From contig JBITNC010000001.1 of assembly GCA_050084985.1 (NCBI GenBank), positions 58,962,001-59,026,000 of the forward strand: a DNA stretch of 64,000 nucleotides, given 5' to 3'. The position numbers and the translations under genes are program-made. Below, one piece after another: positions 11,811 through 26,400 of the stretch. Numbering within the stretch: position 1 is the first letter of the stretch; the number at the start of each line of letters is the position of its first letter. Under the pieces are notes generated by a model, which was not told the DNA's origin, made no database searches, and saw nothing but the letters and a program-made list of their open reading frames with translations. Origin of the DNA: Nageia nagi. Its lineage: Eukaryota > Plantae > Pinophyta.

Positions 11811-14540
11811 TTTTGAGGGGAAAGTTTTGTCAAAATGGAATCCTTTGGAAGAGAGCCCTTGCCTCCACACACTAGCTAGATTGATTGTAGCTAATAAATT
11901 CCCCATTTGTTACTAGGGGAATCTCTTCTTTATTTCCTATTACACCTCCTAGTCTAGCTGATCATAGATTACCATTGAAGGCTTAATCAAAATTTAAAAA
12001 CCTCTCTTGTGTACATTATCAATCGTAAGGATTTTAGTTTAGATTGCTAACTAAAAAAGTATTTGATATTTGAAATGAGGAATTTTAATTGAAATGTGAT
12101 TAACTAGAATCCCTCTTAAAGGATAAGTATGTAGGAATTCATGAACTCATTTAACTAAGAAGAGATTTCTTATATATCCAAACTATATCAATGAATCCTC
12201 CTTTTAAGAATTAGGAATAAACTAGTTCTTAATGAGCTTGTATAAGGAACTAGTCATTATCCTAATTTCACAAGAAAGATAATACCCTAGGAAGGATTTT
12301 TATTTCCCCCTCTTCAAAAAGGGATCCATGAAGGAATCCACTTTATATTTGAAGTGTCCTTGGGTTTAAGGGTCTGAGCCTACAAATATGGGATCTTCCA
12401 CTAATAAAATACTCTAAATCTAAGGATCCCTCTAGGAAATGATCTTATATTCCCTATTTTTATGTACTTATCCCTATTTAGGAGTACTTAGATCTTACAT
12501 GTATATTTTAGTAAACTATTTTTTTTTATGATCCTTAATACCTCAAGACTCCTTCTTATTTATATTTGAAAATAATTTAGATATATAAAAATATTGGTTA
12601 AAACTTCATTTCTTGAAAAAATCAAAATCTATATACATGAACTACTTTTAAAACTTAAAACTTTTATCTATGATATGAATTCCTATAATATTTTATATAT
12701 TATATTAACTATTTTAAAAATTTGAGAAGATGGAGCCTATACATAAAAAAAAAAAATCAAGATTTTTTTACTTCTTTTAAAAGCTAAGTTTTTAACTTCA
12801 AGAATAAATGGATTTAATGAATATGTGGATGCTTGAAAATTATTTATTAATTATTTAATAACTCATATTTTAGACTTCTTCTTTAAGAAATAAAAAAATA
12901 TTACACAATTCAAGATAATGATATATTTACAAGGCAATATCATGTACTAGGTGCAATGCAATATCATTAACCATGATTTGAATTTACAAGTATCTTGAAT
13001 ATTACAATGATGATGTTATTCTTATAAGTTGGAGTTAACTAATTTTTATATCCTTGCAGGTTATAAATGGAGGAGGTAGAGGTTGATATTCTTATTGGAT
13101 CTCTCTGATAGGTAATTATGGTGTCTGTTTATGTCACATATCAAAGATTCTATTATGCTCTTAGCTTAAGTTACTTGATGTCTCTTTTGTACATCTTAAC
13201 TATGTAGGTTCCATAATGTTTGTAGTGTGAAAGGGATTGTAATGATGGTATCTATGTCATAAGTATTTATGATCTAGGGTGTAAGATCTTGAGGGAAATG
13301 AGGATTGAGCTAAGAAATAAAATATCCTTGAAGCCTTTCCTCATATCCATTATGATCCTTTGCATATTAGTACTACACATTGAGGATTATAAATAGATTT
13401 TACATCATTCTAAGTGCACACTTTTCATATATTATTTAGAGTCATTTAGAATAAGTATTTTAACCCTCAAAAAGAGACTTTATAATTATTATGTTTCTTT
13501 AATTTAACCATAATTTAGGCTATACATATTAGTGAACCTATTGTTTTCTACACTTAGATACTCATTTTAAGGCATCCCTTTCAAAGTTATATAATTTTAG
13601 GATAAATAAAATGATAATTTTAAGGTTTGTTCTACTTTTATCTAAAAGGTATTTCTATTTGTTGAAGAAAAAAAAATAATTTCTAAATGGAGGATTCATT
13701 TTGATGAAATTAGATGAAGTAATTAATTAAACCCTTACCTAAATAGTTTCATGAACTAGATCCTTATGATTGACTTGTAATTGATGAAGAAAATTATTCT
13801 AATTCCATTAATTTAAGCTGAATGAGTATTATTCATAACACACCTAATAGGTTTCAATATGATATTGATGAAGATGAATTTGAAAGTGTTAATGTAAGGT
13901 ATTTTGTTGACTTATCTAAAACACCTAGTGATCTTGATGTTATACATTCTAATATTAAATATGTAAATGAATTAATAGCTCTTAATGATATATTAGAATA
14001 TTATGTTACTAAAAACATTGAAGCTATCATTGACATATTGATAAGATATGAAATGCTTGATACCAATATGGAGCATGAAATTTTGTACTCTTAAAATTTC
14101 TTATATTAATACGATAATGCATGATATTCAAAATAGAAGGTCTCTGTACTAAAGAAACATAATTTCGATGTCATGCCTATTTGAAATAATAGTGCAAGCA
14201 CTATGGAATATGTACCTCTTAACAATTCACAACTAGTACAAGGTAAAAAAGAAGATGAATGTGGTGACTTAATACTTTCAAAATACTAATAGAACCACCT
14301 AAGAAACTATAAATAAGTATGAATCCTAAATTTGTTCAACAAGATAAAGGTAAGAAATTTTAGCTGATCCTAAACCATCTAAAAATATGGTAAATTAAAT
14401 TGTTACACTAATCACCAAAACTTACAAAAATTAGCTAATTGAACTCAATAGGAACATGTTATAAAAATTTATATGCTCTTATAGATGCATAAGAATATGA
14501 TAGTTTTTAGAAAGCTACTGATGAGTGATAGTTAGATTAT

Positions 14541-15230
14541 TATTACTCACATAGTGAGACTAAGAAGGGGGTTGAATCATTGTGATAAGTTAAAACTGAA
14601 ATCTTTAACAATGAAAGTGAAAATAATGCAAACATTAAACTAGATAAATTTAAAACACAAAGAGAGACTAACACAACATAAGATATAAAAAGATTCACCA
14701 ATATGGCTACATCTCTAATGAATATTGCTTTGATCATGATAAAAATCTAGTCATTGTAAAGCACCAACTTTTCAAATAGTTTACTAGCATCTGTTGGAAG
14801 GAGAACCAACCCTTTATTTTTGCATAACCCATTGCAAGGAGCACTAACCCATCAATTTCGAGCAACCCCTCATACCCAAATCCAACTTGAAAAAATAATA
14901 GTTTAATAATTTTGATAAAAGATTATTATAGCCATATTAAAGATCCTCAATGCTCTAGCTAATCAACCTCTTCGTTTGTCTATCTCTGGCTAATTCTTCT
15001 AATTACTCCTTGTGACCAATTTATTTCCCTCATTTTCATTTGAAATAATTTAGTACTTACAATCTCTTTTCTATCTTAGTAAAATATTATCAACAATACT
15101 GCTAACAATACTACATATCTTGTTAACTCTATAAATTCATCATTCTCATTTTTTATACACCTCTATCACAATATACCCTTCAACATCCTCTCTATATATA
15201 CATATCTTAGTAGCTTCTATTGGTCAAATT
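14541..15230 (-). mobile_element. Copia-type LTR fragment (U5 end) related to the LTRs at 16325 and 29480, in opposite orientation
   Basis: TATTACTCACATAGTGAGACTAAGAAGGGGGTTGAATCA is the reverse complement of the family LTR terminus (ATTCACCCCCCTCT..GTCA..TGTGA.TAACA). It shares TTCACCAATATGGCTACATC and GCACCAAC motifs. The right boundary is approximate. Confidence 0.6.
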
Positions 15231-15559
15231 TGTGAGTTTTTAAATCACAAAAAATTATCTTATTCATATATATTTATTATTGGGAAATGTTTGTATTTTT
15301 AAAGGTTATATTTTTTAAAATTGTATATTTATACCATATTTTTGTTAATAAAGAACCCTAGGATGCCTATAGGTATTTAATATTTAATTTTATGTAGTGT
15401 TAATGCTATGGTAGTGGAAAATTATAGTGCTAATATTAGTATCAACACCAAAACTAGGTAAGCAAATCATTTGACATCTGTAACCTTTGAATTCTTAAGA
15501 TGCCAAAAGATAATTTATGGGTGCCTTAGAAATTAAGATGGTGTATAACTCTTTTTATA

Positions 15560-16324
15560 TTGAAGATAAGGGATATCTGATATGAATAAAGATTTGTAAT
15601 TCTAAGATCATAGTTAGAGAAAAAGAACCAAAGTTATAAAAGTATAATGGAGAAGGTTTACCTATTATTCATTTTCCAAGATTTGAGTACATCATGGAGT
15701 TAAAGTGTGAAGTTAATGATAATCTAAAAGCTAAGTATTTTCCTATGAGTTTCATTGGAGATACTAAAATAAGGTTTTATTCTTTAGATCTAAGTATAAT
15801 TACTTCCTTTTAATAGTTAAATTTTTTTTTTGTTTAAAATTCATTTGAAATTCAACATCAAGAACTCTCTTACTTTGATCGATCTCATGAGTTTCAAGCA
15901 AGTTTCAAATGAAATGATAGAGAAGTATGTTCCTAGATTTTATAAATATCGAGATCATTAGATGAAACTATTTTTGAAAAAATGGTGGCTAAAGTTTTCA
16001 TAGAACATGTTATCACACAGTTGTAATCAATTAGCTATGATGATATTCATATGCCATTTTCAGAGATGACTTATCATTTGATTGAAAAGAAGAAATATAT
16101 GATTAAGGTAGGACAAGTCAAGCATGCAAGTAATAAAAAGCATAACTCTAAGAAGTTATATACTCTGAAGAATGAGAGGCATGTCAATATGGTAATATCT
16201 CAAGTTTCAAAAATGTTAAATAATTATTTAGCAAAAGGATTGACAAGGATAAAGAATAGAAGAGAATATGTTGAATATAAAAATAATCCTTGTAAGTATA
16301 AGTAGACTAATCATTTCTTATATT
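15560..16324 (+). pseudogene. gag: Ty3/Gypsy gag (Retrotrans_gag) remnant, left part; continues at 32456
   Basis: LKCEVNDNLKAKYFPMSFIGDTKIRFYSLDLSIITSF is visible. Removing the 16325-32455 insertion rejoins FLY|HQVKCHSTKGCVEMKKKLHELLE, a CxxHxxxGHxTxxC-type Gypsy knuckle. Confidence 0.65.
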
Positions 16325-18870
16325 TGTTGATCTATGACATTTTCATTATTATAAAATTGATAATAGTGATAAAAGGTACTATTACTATTTACAAAGATAT
16401 ATTTGATCACAATATCAAAGGTGTATATGAACCCATAATATCAATGAATGTAAAGTGAAGTTGAGTGCAATAATGTGGATATGGCTGTGCACATGTTAGT
16501 GGCTATGGTAGTGCATTCATGAAGTACCAATAGTAAATATCCTATTATTCAAGTACAATCAAGCATATGAATGATGTTACCAAGTGTAAAGAACTGGTAG
16601 TGAAGATATGCCCTATTAGGAAAAATTCATATAGTACCAAGTAATGCACTTTTGGTAAGTGTTAAGGTTGGGTGTTAATATTGGTTTTTGATAGGTTGAA
16701 CAAGTGAATACATAGACAAATGCTACAAGAATTGTATTCTCAAATGATGAAATCAATAGAGTTGTGCTTATCCAAAGTACTCTATGGTCACTTGCTTAAA
16801 AGGGATGCTAATATGTTAATCAAGTGAATAGATAAATGAATAAAGGAAATAGACTAATTCTATCATAGGATGTAAACATAGAGATACTCATTCAAAATAT
16901 ACTATGTCTAACACCCTAGTGAGAAAATAAAATAATCCAAGAACTTTATGATCGGTAAGCATCAAAATCATAAAGGTGTCTATTAGATAGCATTTATATT
17001 GTTGATAAAAATATATTAAGTCTGATGGTGCAAATGAAAAAGTGTAAAGGAAAAGAATTTAAGGATTGGTATAGGAAGATAATAGCATAGGCTACCAGTG
17101 GATGATGTAAGAAATGCAAAGATGACTTGAATTATTCTAATTCCAATGGAGTAGATAAAAAGACATAAAGGAGGAAGCGTTGAGGACTAGTAAGATAAAG
17201 GAATAAAAGAAGATACCAATGAATGATATCAACACAACAGAGAAATGTAAAAAGTACTAAGTCTTACAATTAAGAAGAAAAGGCTTATGAGAGACAAAGG
17301 TTGAGTACCATTAAACAAGAAAGAACAAAGATCCTTTGCTTGATGATGTCAATGAATGGATGATATTCAATAATACAAAAGATCTAATACCATAGGAAAG
17401 GAGGGTATAAAATTAATAATTGATAGAGCTTGTAATTAGAATAAGTTCTTATGAGTGATGTCAATAATTTAATGATATGTAAACAAGGCACTAAGTCCAA
17501 TGATTTGCTTGAAAAGGCTTAAAGGTGATCAATTTTAAGTACCAATAAATAATATAAAGTGAAGAATGAAGGTAAGATATTGAAAAGTGATATCAACAAT
17601 GCAAAAATACATTGATTCCAATGATTTAAATAAAAAGGCTTCAACGTAATCAAATTTAAGTATTGATGAAGTGATTTTTATGAAAAATAAGGAAAGGAAT
17701 TTGGTAAGTGATGTAAGCATTCCATGCATTGAGTTATCTATATCAAAATAGTAGTTTAAGAACCAATAAGATGTTTACAAGATCGTATTGAATAGTTACT
17801 GATATATTAGATGCTAAAGTGAATTAGAATCTATCAGATATCACTGTAAGATATCATATGATAAGTTAAACCTCTCTACACTAGCATCATTGTTAGATTG
17901 AATATGTAGGTCATCGAATAAGAAAGAGTTTCAATGGGTAAGATGAAAATGCATTGAAAATAGATGAAGACATATATGATGGACCACTCTAGTACTGACA
18001 ATCAAGTATAGGGCCTAAAAAAAAAAAAATATGACAAGAGACATCTACTGTGTACAAGTTATCATAGAGTATGTAGCACAACCATATAGTAAATAATAAT
18101 ACCATTGAATAGGCATGAAAGAGGATAATATATAGAAGTAATGAGAGTAGAGATATTAAGAAGCATAAAGATCAACTCCTATTGTAATTTGTGTCAATTT
18201 GTTAATGTTGTATGTCATGTAGTAAGTAATGTAGGCATTAAACAAGATAAAAATGGGTAAATCAAAGTGGAATATTCATTGTTAGAGCATGAAGATGAGT
18301 GATATCTAGGTACATATCATCATGAAACTTAAAATATATACTACTAGAAGTAGTTACAACAACAATCATAATTGAAATGGATAGTGCGAGTGATAATGCA
18401 CATTTTGAATAACTTAATTGTGAAGATGCTAGAAGTAGAGAGTAAGAGCATACAAGATGTTGGAGACTATAAATAAGATTTGAGCTACAATGAATATTCT
18501 TGAATGAAAAATATAAATGGGAGGCTATCATTTTTATGAGGTGTTAAAGTGTATGAGTTGCAATCAATATGTTTGGATGAAAAACTTGAATACATTATAT
18601 TTTTAGAAGTATAAATAATGAGGAGGTGAAGCATAATAGAGAGAGTGTTCTTTGAATAAGTGAGTGAGATTTTGATTAATACATGTAGATACATATTATC
18701 AAATATTATAGTGTATTATCTATGAATACTAATTGAAAGTTTTAGATAGAGGTAGTCAGAGGTGAAGTTTGATGAGCTATAGACTAGGAAGGGATCTAGG
18801 AACAACAAGGGCATCTTTAAATGTCAAATTGATTATTAAGATTTGAAATCCAAATTGGTGTTTGACATAG

Positions 18871-19050
18871 GGGTTGGTGCTCCTTCTAATTGGTGTTAGA
18901 AAAGTAGGGGTTGGTTCTCCTTCTGACTGGTATTGGTAAAGAAAGGGTTGGTTCTCCTTTTGGTTGATGTCAGTAAAGTAGGGGTTGGTACTCCTTTTGA
19001 TTGGTGTTAGTAAAGAAGGGGTTAGTGTTCCTTATGGTTTGTACTAATAA
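18871..19050 (+). repeat. 37-bp tandem repeat (about 5 copies) inside the LTR
   Basis: GGGTTGGT(G/T)CTCCTT.T..TTGGTGTTAG.AAAG.AG units start at about 18871, 18908, 18945, 18982 and 19018. The partner LTR has fewer, partly deleted copies (32060-32190). Confidence 0.8.
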
Positions 19051-19859
19051 ATGATTATAAATTTGGTACTTTACATGGGATGAATTTGCACCATGATATA
19101 AGAAATCTTATCAAGATATGTAGCCATATTTGTGAAATTGGTTATATCTAGTGTTGTGTGATGCTCTCTTGATGTGATTTCCTTGCTTTAATCTATTTTA
19201 GTTTTTATCTTATAGGGCATTAGTTTTATAAGTTCATAATTTGAGGTTTAAAAATATAATACAGTAATTCACCAACCTCTTAATGTCATTATGTGACTAA
19301 AAATTGGTATCATCTTGGGAAGATCTTGTACCAATACATAATGAGAAAAAGGAATGTATAAAAAAATCATGTTAGTTAAATAAGTTATATCTTGAAGAGT
19401 GTATATAAGAATTGTTAGAAATGACTCTATAGGCAAAAAAAGATGCATAAATTGGTGCAGATTCATTACAAGAGACCAATAATGGACTTAAGGGGGTAAT
19501 TTTAGTTTGTGAATTCAATAGACAAAAATGACCAAGAATAAAGAATTTTACCAAAAAATGCAATATTCAATTATTCTGAATCTACACTACCTCTTCCAAG
19601 AGGATTACAACACCTTTATACCCAAATTCCACCTCCAATTTTACCTAATGAAACTTACTAAAAATAGTAATTTTATCACACATAGAAAAATATGCTTACT
19701 ATTTTTAGAAAGGATACAAATTTAAAAGGATAAGAATACTGAAGAATAATAGAGAGATAACAATGTTATAGCATGTACCATACTAGATAAAGAACCTAAA
19801 TGAATGCAAATTTAGGATTTTCATAAAATTGTTAAGGATATAGGTCTACAACTTGAAAA

Positions 19860-20676
19860 ATCCAAGAATATTGAAGATGCTTTGAAATCATAATTGAATG
19901 GTAATGATCATGTATAAAGGCTTGTTTGGTTGAGGAAGAAACTTGAAGTAGCTAGGGAAATGGAGAAAGCCTTGATATCACAAGTGGATTAATGTAATAA
20001 GTATGAAGAGATAATGAATAAAATCATTAAAGATCTAAAGTTACAAATGGAAAAAGTTAGAAGAATTGAAAAAGACCTTAAATTCCAAACTAAGGAGAAA
20101 GATGTGCCCATTACGAACTTGAAGAAGAGATTATTTTATTGAGGAAGCAACTAGATGAAATAATCAAAAGTTGACCACAACCCTTAAGTTTGAGAAGAGC
20201 ATAGGGTTGCTAGATGATATGTTGAGATAAAAAAGAGATCCCAAGATCAAACATGGTCTTATCCTATTCATTAGAGAAGCACATCATAAAAGGTATCATA
20301 AAAATATATAGTAAGTCAACACTAGTAAAATAGGTTTTATCCTTCTAACCCTATATATAATAATGTATTTTATGGTCACCTTTTTAAATGCAATCTATGT
20401 GGACACAAGGAAGCCAAATGTAAATCAAATATCATGCATAGAGACCTCACTAGGCAAAGATCATTTAGGCCTATGCTAGGTGACAATATAAAATGCTTTA
20501 GATGTAACTGGTATGGTCATAGAGAAATTAATTATAAAACAAACATTAGAACAAAAAGTTATATTGATATAAATACATATACCTTTCAAATTGAATATGA
20601 TGTAAGATGTTTTAAATATCATAATCATGGGCATATAAAAATGTTTTGTAGAATCATATTTGTATCAAATAGGTAG
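19860..20676 (+). pseudogene. gag: Degenerate copia Gag C-terminal region (coiled coil + 3 zinc knuckles)
   Basis: FYGHLFKCNLCGHKEAKCK, IKCFRCNWYGHREINYK and VRCFKYHNHGHIKMFCR, preceded by an E/K-rich segment and LKFEKSIGLLDDML..RDPKIKHGL, similar to the Gag at 27025-27624. Confidence 0.7.
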
Positions 20677-21472
20677 AAAGATAACAAATTCCATCAGTCA
20701 TAAAGAATGTAACATAGATAAGGTAGAAACTATCAGGTGCATAAAAGAATGAGGAATAACCTTCCATCAAGAATGAACAAGAGATAATCACCAATGATAA
20801 ATTCTTGGAATATTGAAGAAGATAAGACTAATGATATATCTAAATCCAAGAACAAGAAGATTTGGAGAAATAAAATAATAAAGGAGAATTGTCTCATTAG
20901 CAAATTGAGTAAATCTAGACAATGCCAACAAAATTTGGGATTGGTTATACTTCCACACCATTGAAATTCTTACAACCATGTATGATGCAGTTGTTTGATG
21001 CTAGATGAAAATAAGTTGATTTTTATTGGTAAGATTATGCTAAGTTATTTAATGCCATGTTATATACCAAAGATATCATATTGTTATTGAATTAATAGAT
21101 AAGAATGTGCTAGTGTTATTGGGTAATGATACTACTGGTAATCCATTCATACTTGTACTACCTAGGTCCATATCAATACTATTCAATTGTATGTATATCA
21201 ATGATGTCAAGTTGTATTTTATTAAGTTGTATTTATGTATGTGCATATACTAGATAAAGTATGATGTGTAAAGTAGATACAATTAATGTAGTTGCAATTA
21301 TTATTATTATAATATTAATGTCATATATTTTGTGTTATTTATTTGAAAAGAGAAGGATGGTGTATATTTAGTCATGAAGAATAGGTTATTGATGAGTGAT
21401 AATGAAGGGAAGATGTTATTCTTATATGCCATTACATGTTGGATATCTTGCATTTGTATCTGAAGAAAAAAA

Positions 21473-23191
21473 TGTTGGACTTCGAGTGACACTGAGAGGG
21501 GGGGGGTGAATCAGTGTATATAAAAATAATCAATTTAACCTTCTTAAATAAAGATAGATTAAAAGCCAAAGAAAATTGAGCAAGCACACTAGTACATCAC
21601 ACAACACCAGATGTAACGAGGTTCACCAGATTGGCTACATCCCCGAAAATGATTGCTTGGACACCAATCCAAATCCAGCCATTAAAGAAAGCTTACAGAT
21701 TCATAGCACCAACTGTGAAGGGTAGCACCAACTACCACTTTGCAAATAGCAGCACCTACTGCTTGGAGCACCAACTCCAGCTCTCAAGCACCCACTTGAG
21801 ACAACATTCAAAAAGGAGGAAAGAATATAGTTCTAGAAGACCCTCAATGGTCTAGCTCTAATGTTCACTATTTTATCTCTGCACACAGCTCCAAAGTAAC
21901 ACACTTAAATAATCACACTCCTATCTGCATATTCGTTTTCTCACTTCACGTTCTCTTGATACTCCCCTCTTTCACCCTATTACCTCCATGACCACTCTTC
22001 TCTCCACTCTCCTCTCCTCTTTCACACTCTTACCACCTCAATCACACTTCTCTACTCGGCCATTTTTACTTCATCTATAATCCACACTTCACGTACTTTC
22101 CTGCAACCATTACACATCAAGAAAGCCCCTCATAAAACTATTCCTGTCATGACACATTACCAAAAACAAACTTAAAAGGAATCTTTATTTGTAACTGCTC
22201 CTGCACTAAGAGAGTTCACTATCTGAGACTGTAACTGCTGTAACTAATGAATGCTCCTCTTGCTCAAATAGAGTTGTTTAGACACGTATACCTTTTTCTC
22301 CACTGATTTTGGAGATTTGATAGTATCTGATTATTTTTGATAATTCTGAACTCTTTTCTTCTTCATAATGGTATTTTTGATAATCTCAGACTCTTTGTCT
22401 CGCTTACCAGATGTTTATTGTATACATCGTGATGTCATCATCTCCAGACTCTAGAAGTAGAGTAAAATGCTTCCTGCATGATGTCATCATCTTCGAACTC
22501 CAGAAGAGAGTTCCAATGTATCTACGTGGCTTTTTAGACTTTTCAACACCTACATCGTGATGTCATCATCTCTGGACTTCAGTCCTTACCAAAATGTGAC
22601 TATCTTATCCTTTGTGACATCATCCTTTTGATCCGGAACATTTTACTTCTAGAACATTTACTTTATGGACTCCAGATTTTCAATCTCTCTTTGTTGATCT
22701 CATCTCTGCATTTCAGAATGCTTTACTCACTGGCTATTTGATCACTCTTTGCTGACCTCATCATCTCCAAAACTTAATTCTATTAAAGAATGTGAACATT
22801 GTTCTCCCTGTGACGTCATCTCTTACTTCTAGAATGTTTTACTCGCTGGCTCTGACTCTTTTAGTTGCCCCTTGCTGACCTCATCGCTTCCAGGATCTGG
22901 TTTTAGGTTAAGACCCGAAATCATTGATGTCATCTTCATATTTCCGGAATGCTCTACTTTCGAAATACTTAATTAACTGGTTCTAGCTCCTCAATTTCTC
23001 TTTGCTGACCTCACCTTCTTCGGAACCCAGATTTTTCACAACTGAGCTTTATCATTTCATTTCGGAACGTCATCCTGGGGATCTTAAAATGAACTTATAC
23101 TACTACGCAAAGATATAGCCAAAACCAAATGGACGTGAAGACACAGCCAAAACCACGTGTTGACAACAATGACAATCACCCATGCTCAACA
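21473..23191 (-). repeat. 3' LTR (1719 bp)
   Basis: Both ends match the 28553-28718 LTR. It is followed by the PPT (plus strand ATCTCCCTCTTTGG). Confidence 0.95.
22425..23075 (-). promoter_or_regulatory. U3 array of repeated TGA(C/T)(G/C)TCATC and TTCnnGAA motifs
   Basis: About 9-10 TGATGTCATC/TGACCTCATC/TGACGTCATC units at roughly 50-80 bp spacing, several followed by TTCTAGAA, TTCCGGAA or TCCGGAA. Confidence 0.5.
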
Positions 23192-23392
23192 ATCTCCCTC
23201 TTTGGAATTGTTGGCAACACCACTTGATTAGACACCAACATCGGGACTTTTCTCTCCCCCTTTGTCAACAATAACAAAGGGCATTTACAGACTCCCCCTG
23301 AGTCCATACATGACATTCTCAGGAAATCAATAGTATGCACATAAAAACAAGATACACAGAAGCAATATAGGAAAAATAAACACTCCCCCTGA
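23192..23392 (-). promoter_or_regulatory. Multiple polypurine tracts upstream of the 3' LTR
   Basis: AGGGGGAG/AGAGGGAG tracts at about 23193, 23251, 23292 and 23383. The related element has the same arrangement at 45290-45560. Confidence 0.75.
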
Positions 23393-23413
23393 GAATGTGA
23401 CATCCAGAACTAG

Positions 23414-26400
23414 CTAATGCTTGGGAAGGACAACAACTCCTAGCTTGTTTCGAAGATTTTCGAAGATGTCTTTGGGCAAAGGCTTTGTAAAGATGTCTGC
23501 TACTTGCTCTGTGGTTGGAACAAAATCCAACTGTACTTCTCCTTGCACCACTCTTTCTTTTAGAAAGTGATATCTGATTGCTATATGCTTTGTTCATGAG
23601 TGCATAACAGGATTTTTTGAGATATTGATTGCACTTGTGTTATCACACAGAACTGATATGGGCTCGTTAATCTGTATACCAAAATCTTTTAGCATCTACT
23701 TCATCCATAGAATCTATGTGTAGCAAGAAGTTGCTGCTATATACTCTACTTCTGCTGTAGATAGGGATACTGAGTCTTGTTTTTTACTGTGCCATCCAAC
23801 AAGATTATTACCCAAATAAAATGCTCTTCCACTAGTGCTCTTCCTATCATCCACGCATCCTGCCCAGTCTGCATCTGAAAAGGTAGTAAGTGTAAATTCC
23901 TTTCCTCTAGGATACCATAAACCATATTCTACTGTACCTTTGAGATATCTAAATATTCTCTTTACTACAGTAACATGTGTTTCTTTGGGATTTGCTTGAA
24001 ATTGAGCAACCATACATACTGCTTGAAGAATATCTAATCTAGTAGTTGTCAAATATAATAAACTTCTAATCATTGACCTGTATTGTGTTTGATCTACTAT
24101 TGGTGCTTTATCATCCTTGCTTAATTTGCAGCCTGTCATCATAGGGGTGCTCACAGGTTTACAGTATTCCATGGTAAACTTCTTCAGCATCTCCTTAACA
24201 TACTTGGTTTGAGAAATGAACATGCCATTCTTCAACTGATTGATTTGTAGGCCGAGAAAGAATGCAAGCTCACCTATCATATACATCTCGAATTCTATTT
24301 GCATGTTGTCAGCAAGATTTTTACATAGTTCATTCTTGCTTCCTCCAAAGATTATATCATCTACATAGATAACAACAATTAGCTGATTTCCCTTTTCTGA
24401 TTTAATGTATAAATTGCTATTCACCATTCCTTTTCTAAAGCCTTGCTATTGAAGATATGTATCAAGTCTGGAGTATCATGCTTGAGGTGCCTATTTTAAA
24501 CCATACAGAGCCTTCTTTAGTTTGCATACCAGATTAGGATTCTCTCCCAATTGGAAACCATCTGGCTGTTCAATATAGACTTCTTCCTCAATTTTGCCAT
24601 TTAGAAAGGCTGATTTTACATCCATTTGATAAACTTTAAAGTTTTTATACACTGCAAAAGCTAAAAACATGCGAATAGCTTCTAATCTGGCCACAGGTGC
24701 AAAAGTTTCTTCAAAATCAATTCCTTCAACTTGAGCATATCCCTTGCAAACAAGTCTAGCTTTATTTTGAACCACTATCCCATCTTCATTCAACTTATTG
24801 CAAAAAATCCACTTTGTGCCAATCACATTTTTGTTGGCTGGTCTAGGAACGAGTTCCCATGTTTCATTCTTTTCAATTTGAGTGAGTTTTTCCTCCATTG
24901 CTTTCATCCAGTTTTCATCTTGGCTAGCTTCTGAGACATTTTTAGGCTCTATACTGGATAGGAGAGAATAGGTGCTTGAAACCCCTCTACGAGTTTGGAT
25001 GCCTATATGAAACTCACCGATGATTTGCTCTTGTGGATGATCCTTGTGCCATCTATTTGGTGGAGTTTTTGAATTTTCATCTTCTTCTGACTCATTTTCT
25101 GAAACACCATTTGAGTTACTTGGTGAATTTGAATCTTTTGGTTTCTTTACTTGTGATTGCTGTACAGGAGGCTTAGATTTGTTTTTATTCTTTTTGTCTT
25201 CTTCAATTGAATCTTGATAGGTAGGAAGATCATCATCATCATTTCTCTCGGGAAGATCTCTTTGCTCATCAACACGAACATCAACACTATCAATGATTGT
25301 TTTTGTCCTTTTATTGTAACACCTGTATGCTTTGCTCTTCGAAGAGTAACCAAGAAAGATACCTTCATCAGATCTATCCTCAAACTTTCCTAAATTTTCT
25401 TCTATTCTCTTGATATAGCATTTGCTACCAAAGATCCTGAAGTGCCTCACTGTAGCTCTTCTTCCAAACCATAATTCATATGGTGTTCTATCCTCATGTG
25501 GTCGCATCATACATCTATTTTGAATATACACTGCAGTATGCACTACTTCTTTCTAGAACCTATCAGCAACCTTGCTTTCTATCAGCATGGTTTGAGCCAT
25601 TTCTTGTACTACTCTATTTTTTCTTTCAACTACTCCATTTTGTTGTGGAGTTCTAGCTACAGAGAATTGTGTTTTAATTTTGTGTTGTATGTAAAACTCA
25701 GTAAACTCATCAGAAGTGAACCCACCTCCTCTGTATGAGCGAAGACATTTAATTCTCCTCTCTATCTGATTTTGTACTTGATTTTTAAATGCTTTGAACA
25801 TTTCAAAAGCTTTAGATTTATGTTTTAAGAATTGCACCCAAGTCATTCTTGAATAATCATCTATGAACAGAATAAAATACTTATCTCCATTGAAGCTTTG
25901 TGTTCTCATTGGTCCGCATAGGTCGGTGTGTACGATTTCCAATGATTTACTTGTGTGATATTCTTTCACTTTGAACTTTGCCCGAGTTTGCTTTCCCTTT
26001 TGGCATGAATCACAAATATCATTTGCTGGTGTGCTGATACTGGGCATATCTCTTACTGCTCTTTTTGAGCAAATGTTCATCAAGTTTTTAAAATAGATGT
26101 GTCCCAATCTCTTATGCCATAGCCAATCATCACTCTCCTTGCCTAGAAGACATGATCCCTCTGAAATATCTGATAAGGTGTATAAATTGCCACAGGTTCT
26201 TGTACCAACTGCTACAAGTCTACCACTATTTGCCCTTCGGATCTCACAGCCATGCTTTTTGAAAATTACATCATGTCCTTTGTCACATATTTGACTAACG
26301 CTCAACAAATTATGCTTCAATCCCACAACAAATAATACCTCTTCGGATCTGATGTTTCCATCATTTATTTTGACTGTCCCTTTGCTGATAATCTGTGCAC

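Noticed and set aside
12071-13560. Candidate 5' LTR of the Gypsy gag host, paired with the putative LTR at 49309
   Set aside because: No sequence similarity between the two regions and no convincing PBS.
18871-19050. Regular 37-bp repeats, and the 70-bp and 106-bp arrays elsewhere, as CRISPR-like arrays
   Set aside because: They are head-to-tail tandem units without unique spacers, mostly inside LTRs of a eukaryotic genome, and there are no cas genes.
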